DNA from: an uncultured Nitrospirales bacterium
GTDB lineage: Bacteria > Hydrogenedentota > Hydrogenedentia > Hydrogenedentales > GCA-2746185
NCBI GenBank assembly: GCA_964620045.1
Contig: CAZUJL010000011.1
Coordinates: 31,477-95,476 of the forward strand
Length of the DNA: 64,000 bases
Reading direction: 5' to 3'
Below the pieces are notes generated by a model. That model saw only the letters and a list, made by a program, of their open reading frames with translations. It was not told the DNA's origin and did not search any database. The translations under genes and the position numbers were made by a program. Of this stretch, positions 38,848 through 48,349 are shown one piece after another; the first letter of the stretch is position 1; each line of letters begins with the position of its first letter.

Positions 38848-39848
38848 AGCAGCTCCGCGATCTGCACGGCGTTGTAGGCGGCGCCCTTCAGCAGGTTGTC
38901 CGACACGATCCACATATTCAGCGCGCGCGGATGTGATCCGTCTTCACGGATGCGGCCTACGAACGTTTCCCAGTGGCCCGCGGCGGTGGTCGCCAGGGGA
39001 TAGAGCTGATTCGCGAGGTCGTCCTGCACGATCACGCTCGGCGCTTTGCGCAACAGCTCACGCGCCTTGTCGGCCGTCAGCTTCTCGCGCGTTTCTACGT
39101 TGACCGATTCGCTATGGCTCGTGCGCACGGGCACGCGCACAGTGGTCGCGGTCACACGGATGCTGTCGTCGCCCATGATCTTCTTTGTTTCTTTGATCAT
39201 CTTGATTTCTTCGGTCGAGTAGCCGTCGTCTTCAAACGCGGCGCTCTGGGGAATCTGCGGGATGCAGTTGAACGCAATCTGGTGAGGAAAAAGCTGGTTG
39301 ATCGGCTGTTTGCCGTCGAGCACCGCGCGGGTTTGCGCGTCGAGTTCTTCCAGGGCTTTTACGCCCGCGCCGGATACCGCCTGGTAGGTCGATACCACGA
39401 TGCGCTCAATCTTTGCTGCATCGTGCAACGGCTTGAGCACAACCACCATCTGGATCGTCGAGCAGTTCGGGTTGGCGATGATGCCCTTGTGCGTCTTGAT
39501 GGCCGCGCTGTTTACCTCGGGTACCACGAGCGGCACATCGGCATCCATGCGCCATGCGCTCGAATTGTCGATCACTATGCAACCGTCTTTCGCCGCGAAC
39601 GGCGCGAATTTCTTGCTTGTGCTACCGCCGGCGCTGAACAGCGCCACTTCGACGCCCTTGAACGAGGACTCCGTGAGCACTTCCACCGGGATTTCTTCGC
39701 CGCGGAACGTCATCCGCTTGCCTTTGGACCGCTCGGAGGCGAGCAATTTGATTGATTTTACGGGGAATTTGCGCTCTTCGAGGGTCTGCAACATGCGCTG
39801 GCCGACCAATCCGGTGGCCCCGGCGACGGCGACGGTCTTACTGGACAT
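38844..39848 (-). CDS. asd: Aspartate-semialdehyde dehydrogenase
   Basis: VAVAGATGLVGQ at the N-terminus and the active-site NPNCSTIQ motif; the 3' end overlaps the epimerase gene convergently by 4 nt. Confidence 0.85.
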   Translation of the reverse strand: MSSKTVAVAGATGLVGQRMLQTLEERKFPVKSIKLLASERSKGKRMTFRGEEIPVEVLTESSFKGVEVALFSAGGSTSKKFAPFAAKDGCIVIDNSSAWRMDADVPLVVPEVNSAAIKTHKGIIANPNCSTIQMVVVLKPLHDAAKIERIVVSTYQAVSGAGVKALEELDAQTRAVLDGKQPINQLFPHQIAFNCIPQIPQSAAFEDDGYSTEEIKMIKETKKIMGDDSIRVTATTVRVPVRTSHSESVNVETREKLTADKARELLRKAPSVIVQDDLANQLYPLATTAAGHWETFVGRIREDGSHPRALNMWIVSDNLLKGAAYNAVQIAELL

Positions 39849-39920
39849 TGCGATGGCTCCGTTCGGTTGGATGTGGTTCCGGTAGAAGCGGACAGTATGC
39901 CTACTTTCGGCCCCGGTCGG

Positions 39921-39957
39921 CAAGAAGAAAGCGGTGGTTCACGAATGAACCACCGCT
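39921..39957 (-). terminator. Rho-independent terminator downstream of trxA (12-bp stem AGCGGTGGTTCA/TGAACCACCGCT followed by TTCTTCTT)
   Basis: Perfect hairpin with a U-rich tail on the minus-strand transcript. Confidence 0.65.
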
Positions 39958-39979
39958 GATTTCCTTACTTAAATGGTAC

Positions 39980-40294
39980 TTAGGCTGCGTCGATCGCCGC
40001 GGCAATCTTGGCCTTCGGCTGCACGCCTACCAGGCGGCCCTTCTCCTGGCCGTCCTTAATCACGAGCAGGGTGGGGATCGAATTCACGCGGAAGCGCGCC
40101 GCGAGGTCGCCCTCGTTGTCGACGTTTACCTTCGCCACGCGGGCTTTGCCCTGATACTCGCCGGCCAACTCGTCCAGCACGGGCGCAATCATCCGACACG
40201 GACCGCACCACTCCGCCCAGAAGTCCACCAACGTAACGCCGTTGCTTGTTTCTTGGTCGAAGTTTTGCGTCGTCAGTTCAGTTGCTTTGCCCAT
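39980..40294 (-). CDS. trxA: Thioredoxin
   Basis: WCGPC active site; about 104 aa. Confidence 0.9.
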   Translation of the reverse strand: MGKATELTTQNFDQETSNGVTLVDFWAEWCGPCRMIAPVLDELAGEYQGKARVAKVNVDNEGDLAARFRVNSIPTLLVIKDGQEKGRLVGVQPKAKIAAAIDAA

Positions 40295-40462
40295 CTGAAA
40301 TTACCTCCACTCTGGCTTCGAGAAGGAAACCGGCCCCCGGGAACCAATATTCCCGATGCCCTAACACGGTGTGAAGTATACCGTTACCGTGCAATTCCGC
40401 TCAACGCGGCCGTCCGTTCCGTTGAAGGCCGCGCCGATGCACCGTATACTACCGGCCCTTCG

Positions 40463-40552
40463 GGAGAGATGGCCGAGTGGCTGAAGGCGCTCGCTTGGAA
40501 AGCGTGTGTACGTGAAAACGTACCGAGGGTTCGAATCCCTCTCTCTCCGCCA
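40463..40552 (+). tRNA. tRNA-Ser (anticodon GGA) with a long variable arm
   Basis: Manual fold: GGAGAGA acceptor, D-arm GCCGAGTGGCTGAAGGC, anticodon loop TTGGAAA, long variable arm, T-arm GGTTCGAATCC, CCA encoded. Confidence 0.8.
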
Positions 40553-40949
40553 TTCAAGGCTACGAAAATTCTCCCCTGGCGAAATGCGCCGTGACGACTA
40601 CCGAACGGCTGCATGACCAGGCGAAGAAGTTTGCTGACCCTACGCCCTCGACAGCCTAGCAATATGCCATACTGCTCTGCCGTGCAAGATGCACCAATTC
40701 CACATGCGCTAGCGGTTCCGCCAAGATGTCGCCCCAAACACCGGAAGTGCTCTCATAATGTCTATGAGACGAGGTCGAGAATGGGCAGTGGTGATCCTGC
40801 GGTGAGAACCCGCAATGATTTCCACTTTGAGGCCGGCTGTAAAGTGTGATGAACCCAAAGACAAATCTGCCACACACTGGGCGTTGCGCGTGAAATCCCG
40901 TTTAGAGTCTCTGCGACCGAAGAACGCATCAATAGGCCTCCGCGAAAGC

Positions 40950-42677
40950 ATGCCTCATGACGAATTTCTGCGGAGAATCTATATCGGTTGCGCGATTGCG
41001 GCCGTTGCCACGAAGATTTGGCTTACCTTGGCGTTTCAGATGCGTGCCGCGAATACGCCGGCCGATGATCTGTTGTATATGCGGTTAGCAGAGCAAATTC
41101 TCCATGGCGAGTGGCTCGGCCATTATGATCAGTACACGCTGGCAAAAGGACCGTTCTTTTCCATCTGGATTGCCGGCGCGTTCCTTCTCAATATTCCGCT
41201 GTTATTGTCCTACCAGCTTCTACATGCCTTGGCGTGTGTGCTGATGATAATCGCGCTCATGCCGTTACTTCGCCCAAGATTCCTCTGCTTGGCGCTCTTT
41301 CTGTTGCTCCTCTTCGATCCGTCTACATACAGCCCGATCGCATCATGGGTAATCCGTGAAAGCATCTATGCTTCTCTGACGATGATGGTTTTGGCGGGAA
41401 TGATCGCGCTGATTGTGAGACTCGAACGGCGTCCCGGCGCGCTTGTGTTTTGGGCTATCGAACTTGGGATAGCTGCCGGCGCATTTGCAACGTTGCGCGA
41501 AGAGGGCGTTTGGATACTGCCCGCGGTAATATTGGCGTTGCTCTACGCCACGATAATGATCTGTCGTACGGACCGACAAAGGACTGCGAAGTTGGCACTT
41601 GTTTTCATGCCCGCTGCAATCGCGGTCGCATGGGTTCTCGGCATCTGCACGCTAAACCAGCGCTATTACGGAATATTCGAGGTAACCGATTTTAAGAGCG
41701 AAGGCTTCTTGCGAGCGAACGGAGCGCTGATGCGCGTGAAGCATGCCGAAATAAACCAATTCGCGAATGTGCCCAAAGAAGTACGAGAAAAAGTATATAA
41801 GGAGAGCCCCACATTCGCCGAGTTAGAAGTTTACCTTGAGGGTCCCTTGGGGCAAGCGTGGGGAAAGATCTCGGAGAAATGGCTCTCCGGAGGCACCCCC
41901 AACGCGGCCGATATTCGCGGCGGTTTCTTCGTGTGGGCCATGCGCGACGCGGTCGGGAGACTGGGCCATTACCAAACGGCCGCGGAAACAGACGCCTATT
42001 ACACGAAAGTGGCAAACGAAATTAATTCGGCTTGCGACGCGGGCAGACTTGATTGTTGGGCGGAGCGTTCGTCCCTTTTGCCTCCCTGGCGCCGCAGTTT
42101 ATTTACACCCGCAATCGCGAGCATTCGTAAGGGAGTTCGCATGGTGGCAACGCTCGACGAGCTTGATCCGGGTAACATGCCCACGCAAGGGTCCGCCGAT
42201 ATTGCGGTTATGTTCGAGGATTTGGGCCGTTCGCGCCTTAGCCCGCGGGTGTTTCATTCTGAGGAGACTCCGCGGTTAGCAAACCAAGCGCAATTGGACA
42301 AATTTCGATTCGGGGTATTGAATCGGTTGAATCATGCGTTCCGGGTCTTATGGCCTTTCGCGACGGCTGTTGGCTGCTTGTCCTTTCTAATTGCTTGCGT
42401 GATCGAGGTTCGGGTGCGCACATTCGATCCCGTTTTGCCCATTCTCATGGTTTTGATTGCGTCTTTCGCCGCCCGATTGGGAATTCTCGCGCTGGTTTCC
42501 ATCACCTCGTTCGAAGCCATGCAATATCGCTTGCTGCTGCCCGTGTATCCCATGGTGATCCTGTTTTGGTTTCTTTCGACGTATCGCGCGGGAAAGCTCG
42601 GCATTTCGCACCTTTCTGCCGCGCGACGGAGTAGACGCGAAGATGAGAAGTCGGAATTGTCGTCCCGTGCCGGATGA
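40950..42677 (+). CDS. GT-C fold membrane glycosyltransferase (ArnT/PMT-like)
   Basis: A first-loop acidic motif ADDLLYMRLAEQILHGEW resembles ArnT DExRYAEIxREML. Multiple TM helices. About 52% GC. The start could be as early as 40815. Confidence 0.5.
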   Translation: MPHDEFLRRIYIGCAIAAVATKIWLTLAFQMRAANTPADDLLYMRLAEQILHGEWLGHYDQYTLAKGPFFSIWIAGAFLLNIPLLLSYQLLHALACVLMIIALMPLLRPRFLCLALFLLLLFDPSTYSPIASWVIRESIYASLTMMVLAGMIALIVRLERRPGALVFWAIELGIAAGAFATLREEGVWILPAVILALLYATIMICRTDRQRTAKLALVFMPAAIAVAWVLGICTLNQRYYGIFEVTDFKSEGFLRANGALMRVKHAEINQFANVPKEVREKVYKESPTFAELEVYLEGPLGQAWGKISEKWLSGGTPNAADIRGGFFVWAMRDAVGRLGHYQTAAETDAYYTKVANEINSACDAGRLDCWAERSSLLPPWRRSLFTPAIASIRKGVRMVATLDELDPGNMPTQGSADIAVMFEDLGRSRLSPRVFHSEETPRLANQAQLDKFRFGVLNRLNHAFRVLWPFATAVGCLSFLIACVIEVRVRTFDPVLPILMVLIASFAARLGILALVSITSFEAMQYRLLLPVYPMVILFWFLSTYRAGKLGISHLSAARRSRREDEKSELSSRAG

Positions 42678-42777
42678 TGGGCATCAGAATCCACTCATCG
42701 GCTAGTGAGCACGTGTTGTAGTATTCGAACTCGTTACTTGGTTCTGCGTGGATCTCTGAGATTCTTTGCCAACTCCC

Positions 42778-43947
42778 TCAATGTACGGCGATTGGCGGCG
42801 TCGCGGTCTCGTGAAGGTCTGTCAGAATCGCTTGAGCGATGTAGCCGCCGGCGACGCTGGCGCCCTGCGCATTAAAGTGGCAGTCGTCAACGAAAAACTC
42901 GGCGCGGCCGTTCATAAACGACAGATCGACGATAGGCGCTTCCATTTCGCGGCAAACCTGCAGACTGACTGAGTTCAGCATGTCCGCCAACTGCCGAAGA
43001 CTGGACGTGCTCAGAAACTGGCCGGCAATCGCGGTTCGTCCGGTCCAGATGCGGCGTTCGTCCTCCTCCGGCAAATCATTTGCCCAGAGCACGGCTTGAG
43101 TCACGAATACCGGCCTAATCTTCAGCCGCTTGCACGTCGAAATAATCGCTTCTATAGTCGATCGATACTCTCGCAAGAAATCCTGTGGCGATGGAAAGTC
43201 ATCCACTAGAACCGATGCCGTACTGTTCCCAAACAGGCCTAAGCGGGCGCCGGTCATCAGGGCCGGCGGTGGATTTCCGCGTGATGGGGGCGCAGGGGCA
43301 CCACCTTCAGCCCCGCGCACGTTCGCGCCGACCCACGCGAGCACATCGTTTATTCCGATCAGGAAGACAAGGTGGGTATACCGGGGCACGGAAGCATCCG
43401 TATGTAGGTATTCCAAATGGTGTTTCGACAAGTACCCCGGGATCCCCGCACCTCCGACCCAGGCCGGGCTTGCAGGCAGGCGCCGATTCATTTCATTCAT
43501 GACAACATGAGTCCATGCTTCTGAATCGTCGAGATAGGCGCACTGCGTGACGCTATCGCCGACACACAGTATGCGATACAGCTTCTCTCGATTGAACTCG
43601 GGACCACGGATTCCTTCCGAATTTGTTGAGTAAATGCGCCGTGGCGTTTCGTGGAGACCCGACAGGCTGATCGACAGATTTGGCGTGACAAAGTGGAATT
43701 TCGGCTTTGGTGCGCTAACGAGGTTCCATCGGTCGCTGAACGTAAAGTGCCGATCGACAAAAATGCCATATCTCAGGGGAGCAAGGCGTAAGGAATCGAT
43801 GCTCCACGTCCAGACGGGGAATTTTGCCTTTGGGGTGGGCGAGGATTGCGTTTGAGTCTGGACGTACCACACTGACGGGAGCAGCAGAATAACCAGGAAT
43901 CCTGCGATCCGCGCGATGTATATAAACTTGAGCAAGATTGAAGGCAT
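42778..43947 (-). CDS. SGNH/GDSL hydrolase (polysaccharide O-acetyl transferase/esterase-like, AlgJ/PatB-like)
   Basis: N-terminal TM anchor, then the block I motif LCVGDSVTQ, block III LIGINDV and block V DDCHFN (DxxH). Confidence 0.6.
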   Translation of the reverse strand: MPSILLKFIYIARIAGFLVILLLPSVWYVQTQTQSSPTPKAKFPVWTWSIDSLRLAPLRYGIFVDRHFTFSDRWNLVSAPKPKFHFVTPNLSISLSGLHETPRRIYSTNSEGIRGPEFNREKLYRILCVGDSVTQCAYLDDSEAWTHVVMNEMNRRLPASPAWVGGAGIPGYLSKHHLEYLHTDASVPRYTHLVFLIGINDVLAWVGANVRGAEGGAPAPPSRGNPPPALMTGARLGLFGNSTASVLVDDFPSPQDFLREYRSTIEAIISTCKRLKIRPVFVTQAVLWANDLPEEDERRIWTGRTAIAGQFLSTSSLRQLADMLNSVSLQVCREMEAPIVDLSFMNGRAEFFVDDCHFNAQGASVAGGYIAQAILTDLHETATPPIAVH

Positions 43948-43950
43948 CGG

Positions 43951-45429
43951 TTAGAACCGGAAATAGATGAAGGGGTTCTCGCGCTGTACACTTAGCAGGA
44001 TGCACGACAGCACGAGTATGCCGAATACGAACATCGTAATCACCAATTGACTTGATGCTGCGAGCACCGTGGCCGTAGAGCCCTGAGCGCGCTGTATCCG
44101 GGTTTCGATCCATCTCCCCGCGGTCGGCGCCCAGGGGGTGGACCCGATAATTCCGAGTGCGAGCGCCAGCCAGATCTGGTTGTTCCAAAACTCATTGAAT
44201 GGCGGCTCGCCGGGAACGGCCAACTTCAAGCTGAACATTGCGCGCAGAAATACTCCAATTTGCGAGAACGTCTCGGCACGAAATATCAACCATCCAAAAA
44301 ATACCACGGAGAGCGCGTAGACGTGCCGCACAGGCGCCCAGAACCGGTCCATGAAAGCGAGCGCACTCGATCGCTCCAAGACGAGGAAAACCCCGTGGTA
44401 CAGTCCCCAGGTAACGAAGGTCCAACTAGCGCCGTGCCACAATCCACACAAGAAAAATACGATCATAAGATTGAGATAGGTCCGCACGGTTCCGCCTCGA
44501 TTGCCTCCGAGCGGGACGTAGAGGTAATCCCGGAACCAGGTGGACAGCGAGATGTGCCAGCGCCGCCAGAACTCTTGCACGGATTTGGAAATATAGGGGT
44601 AGTTGAAGTTTTCGAGAAAGTGGAACCCGAACATTTTGCCGAGTCCGATGGCCATGTCCGAGTAACCGGAAAAATCGAAATAGATCTGGAGCGTGTAGCA
44701 AAGTACCGCGAACCACGCGAGCCCCGTAGAAACCCGCTCGTCGGGTAACGCGAAAATCTGATCGGCCGGGCCGGCCAGGGCATTGGCGATGATGACCTTC
44801 TTTCCCAACCCGAGGACGAATCGGCGGACGCCCTCGGAAAATACTTCGATCGACACCTTTCGCTCTACGAGGTCACCGGCGACCTGAACATAACGAACGA
44901 TCGGCCCCGCGACAAGCTGCGGAAACAGGCTCGAGTAGGTGGCGAAGTTGATGAAGTTCCTGGTGCGGCGCACATCGCCGCGATACACGTCGATGACGTA
45001 GCTCATGCCGTGGAATGTGAAAAAGCTGATGCCCAGCGGCAAGGTCACACGCATTGGATCGTCAAGAATTAGTGTCCGGGCGTCTAGCCCCGCCACGAAC
45101 GCATTCCATGAGTCAACAGCGAAATTGAAGTATTTGAAGAAGGCCAGTAGTGCGAGATTTGCCGCGATCGTGATTGCTAGCGCGAAGCGACGTCGACGCG
45201 AACCTGCGTTTCCAGAAACCGGATCGCCGATGGCAAGACCCGCGACATAGTTGATCGCGATCACCAGGAGAAACAATCCGACGAAAAAAGTCTCCCCCCA
45301 AGCGTAGAAGAGAAGGCTCGCCAGCAACAGCAGGGTGTTGCGGAGTTTGCGCGGCGCCAGGTAATAAAGCACCAGAACCGTCGGCAAAAAAATAAATAGG
45401 AACAGCTTGGAACTGAATACCAACGCGTT
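43951..45429 (-). CDS. MBOAT-family membrane-bound O-acyltransferase (AlgI/PatA/DltB-like)
   Basis: VFSSKLFLFIFLPTVLVLYY N-terminus typical of AlgI, and a conserved His-containing C-terminal half. TTG start with GGAG upstream is proposed; the ORF tool extends it to 45483. Confidence 0.7.
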   Translation of the reverse strand, partial: NALVFSSKLFLFIFLPTVLVLYYLAPRKLRNTLLLLASLLFYAWGETFFVGLFLLVIAINYVAGLAIGDPVSGNAGSRRRRFALAITIAANLALLAFFKYFNFAVDSWNAFVAGLDARTLILDDPMRVTLPLGISFFTFHGMSYVIDVYRGDVRRTRNFINFATYSSLFPQLVAGPIVRYVQVAGDLVERKVSIEVFSEGVRRFVLGLGKKVIIANALAGPADQIFALPDERVSTGLAWFAVLCYTLQIYFDFSGYSDMAIGLGKMFGFHFLENFNYPYISKSVQEFWRRWHISLSTWFRDYLYVPLGGNRGGTVRTYLNLMIVFFLCGLWHGASWTFVTWGLYHGVFLVLERSSALAFMDRFWAPVRHVYALSVVFFGWLIFRAETFSQIGVFLRAMFSLKLAVPGEPPFNEFWNNQIWLALALGIIGSTPWAPTAGRWIETRIQRAQGSTATVLAASSQLVITMFVFGILVLSCILLSVQRENPFIYFRF

Positions 45430-45671
45430 TCTCCTGAACGGCTGTGCCGCGCAACCGACGGATGTCAGAGCATGGAGGCGCAACGCGGCCGAACGATGTG
45501 TTGGAAATCAGTCTCGCGTCGACAATGTCCGCCCGGGTGCTCTGAGCGCAGTCCGAAAGTATACTCGAATTCAGAGAATTGGACGGCAGAGAAGAGTTCG
45601 AGCGCAACTCGCTACACAGCCATACACACGCCTCTCATCCTTGCTGACGAGTTCGGCCGCGCAGGACGCTT

Positions 45672-48206
45672 TTATTGCGCGGCGTTCGGCGCGGCGCTGA
45701 GCTTTTTCCAATCGGATTCGCTGATCGGCTTGGTGAAGTTTTTGTTGGGCAGCTTTTTGTTGAGTATCGCCTGCTCAATCGCGTCGTGCTGATCCACGGG
45801 GTAGTGAATAAGGTAAGGCATGCAGGAAACTTTTTGGGCGTTGTACACCACATTACGCTGAAATATCTCGGTGTACGGAATGCGGCCGCTGTTGCTTACT
45901 TTGTTTGTGAAGATCCCCAGCCCGAACCCAGAGCCGAGATCGCGCGGCATCGAGTAATCCAGCACGGTCCGGTCGTCCACCACGGGTGGAATTCCTTCCA
46001 CAAACTTCGCCAGTTCGGGCGGGCCGAACAGGAACATCGCGAAAATATCCTCGGGTGTGTGAAGTTGACAGAATTCCATGTCGCGTCGAATGCGTGGCGC
46101 GGACATCTTTTCCTGCACGCGTGTATAGTCCAGGCGGAGCGGCTGCTTGCCGCTGATCAGCAATGTGGGCCCCACCCACGTCAATTGCCGCCACACGGTT
46201 CCTTCCGGAAAGACTTCGTAGAACGATCGAAACAACATCTTCTCCTGTTCCAGCGGGCCCTCTCCCGTCGGAATCCAATGCATGAAAATGCCGTCGTCGT
46301 TCAGACGCTCGCGCACCAGTTTGTAAAACTCCGTCGTGTACAGGTTGATCACGCCCGCGCTGAACGTATCGGGCGGTTCCAGCAGGATCACGTCATATTT
46401 CGACTCGGTCGCCATGATGAAATTTCGGCCGTCGTCGATGATCGTGTTCACCTTCGGATTTTTCAGCACATTGTCGTTGGTCCAGAAATACGGCGCGGCA
46501 TCAAGCACGTGCGGGCTCAGCTCCACGCTGTCTATTCGTGTGAGCGAATCGTGCGACGCCGTCGCCGAGAGGCTGTTGCCGACGCCAAAACAGATGTGCA
46601 GCGCGGTTTTCGGCTCGCCCGGGTGCAACAGCACAGGCAGGTGTCCCAATAGAAAATTCCATTGGTACGACCACGTCGAGGCGGTGCCGCGCATGTCCTC
46701 ATACATGATGTGGCGCTGGCCGTCTGACTCCAGCACCCCCACCGTATCCGTCGCGCCTTCCTTGTAAAACACCAAGGCGGAATCGGCCCCCGACATAAAC
46801 CCCACGATCTTCGCGGCTGACCGCTCGAAGGTAGTTTTGAACACATCGCTTCGAACGGTGGCGATGATCGAGACGGTCCCGATTACGGCCACCGGAACAA
46901 GCGCGATCCGCGCACGTTTGAGGCCAAATTCGGCGATCAGCAGCAACGCCGCGACGGTGATCGTGCATCCCGTCAGCACGGCCACCGTGCTGCTCATTCC
47001 GATCGACGGGATTAGTACGAAGGTCGCGACTATGCTTCCAAAAATACATCCCAGCGTGTTGACCGCGTAGATCGTGCCCACGGTGGCGCCGACGCCGGTA
47101 TTGTTTCGTACGCAAATGTCCGTGGCGGCTGGAAGCGCGGCCCCCAAGCACACCGCCGGCAACAAAAACACCACCATCGCCGACAACGACAGCATCCCCA
47201 CGGTTTCGCTGAACGAATTAATTTCGCCGCCGGTGAATCGCGCCGAGATCGCGGGGAGATCGGCAAATAACATCAGCGAGATCACGAATCCGATCGCCAC
47301 GCCAAATTCCAACAATGCGAACAACAGCATGGGCCGCTGCTTGCGAAGCGGCAAGCGCGGGTACAGCGCGCTGCCAATGGCCAAACCCGCCAGGAAGACG
47401 GTGAGTATGGTCGAAAATGCGTAGGTGCTGTTGTAGACGTACCGCAGCAGCGCGCGCGTCCACAGGACTTCGTGCGCCAGCGATACAAATCCTGAAACGC
47501 CGGTCGCGATCACGGTGACCCGAACCGCAAACGCGGAAAGCGGAACCAGTTGTGTGTCCGATTGCGAGGGAGCTGGTGCAACAGTCTCGCGATCCCCACG
47601 CAGACCGCTCCACAACAGCAAGGGGCCGGCTGCCAATGCGAAATTGGTGATAACCGCCACCCGTGTCGTACCGGTGTTGCCCAAATATTCAATGAGGTAG
47701 AAACCGGCCAGTGCGCATCCGGCCACGGCCCCGGCCGTATTCACGAAATAGAGCATCGCGATTCGGTTGGAGATTTCGCGCTGCGATCGCACCAGAAACT
47801 TCGCGAGCACGGGCAATGTTCCGCCCATCAGGATTGTCGGCGGCAATAGGACCAGACACACAAGCAACGCTCGGCCGAGCACGAGCCCGCTATGGGGCAG
47901 GTCGAGTCGATACAGGTGGATGTACGGCGTCCGCAGCAAACCGAATAAGTCGGCAACAAAAAAACCGTACACGCCGATGCCGATTTCCAGCAGGGCATAC
48001 ACGAGAAGCGGATTCTGGGTGCGATCAGCCACCCGCCCAAACAGCCGGCTGCCGATTGACAAGCCACCCATGAACACCGCCAGCACCGTCGCCATGGCGT
48101 AGGTTGTCGCGCCGAACACGACGGACAACTGCCGAATCCATACGATTTCGTATACCAGCGAGGCTGCGCCAGATAGGAAGAAGATCGGGAAAATCGCCCA
48201 GCGCAT
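45672..48206 (-). CDS. Fused polytopic membrane (MFS-like) / spermidine-synthase-like (PABS aminopropyltransferase fold) protein
   Basis: About 12 TM helices, then a PABS-like domain (ICFGVGNS...VELSP...DVILLEPPD). 844 aa. Confidence 0.6.
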   Translation of the reverse strand: MRWAIFPIFFLSGAASLVYEIVWIRQLSVVFGATTYAMATVLAVFMGGLSIGSRLFGRVADRTQNPLLVYALLEIGIGVYGFFVADLFGLLRTPYIHLYRLDLPHSGLVLGRALLVCLVLLPPTILMGGTLPVLAKFLVRSQREISNRIAMLYFVNTAGAVAGCALAGFYLIEYLGNTGTTRVAVITNFALAAGPLLLWSGLRGDRETVAPAPSQSDTQLVPLSAFAVRVTVIATGVSGFVSLAHEVLWTRALLRYVYNSTYAFSTILTVFLAGLAIGSALYPRLPLRKQRPMLLFALLEFGVAIGFVISLMLFADLPAISARFTGGEINSFSETVGMLSLSAMVVFLLPAVCLGAALPAATDICVRNNTGVGATVGTIYAVNTLGCIFGSIVATFVLIPSIGMSSTVAVLTGCTITVAALLLIAEFGLKRARIALVPVAVIGTVSIIATVRSDVFKTTFERSAAKIVGFMSGADSALVFYKEGATDTVGVLESDGQRHIMYEDMRGTASTWSYQWNFLLGHLPVLLHPGEPKTALHICFGVGNSLSATASHDSLTRIDSVELSPHVLDAAPYFWTNDNVLKNPKVNTIIDDGRNFIMATESKYDVILLEPPDTFSAGVINLYTTEFYKLVRERLNDDGIFMHWIPTGEGPLEQEKMLFRSFYEVFPEGTVWRQLTWVGPTLLISGKQPLRLDYTRVQEKMSAPRIRRDMEFCQLHTPEDIFAMFLFGPPELAKFVEGIPPVVDDRTVLDYSMPRDLGSGFGLGIFTNKVSNSGRIPYTEIFQRNVVYNAQKVSCMPYLIHYPVDQHDAIEQAILNKKLPNKNFTKPISESDWKKLSAAPNAAQ

Positions 48207-48349
48207 GGGAAATGCACCTCCAAATGTGCGCCGGATTTCGGTAATAGGCGCGATGCATGCTGTGGCGCATGCAGGAAGCGGATTTAATCACGGGCACGCG
48301 TGGCATCGCAACTACAAAATGAATCAAACAACAGCCGTGCGTGGCGTCA

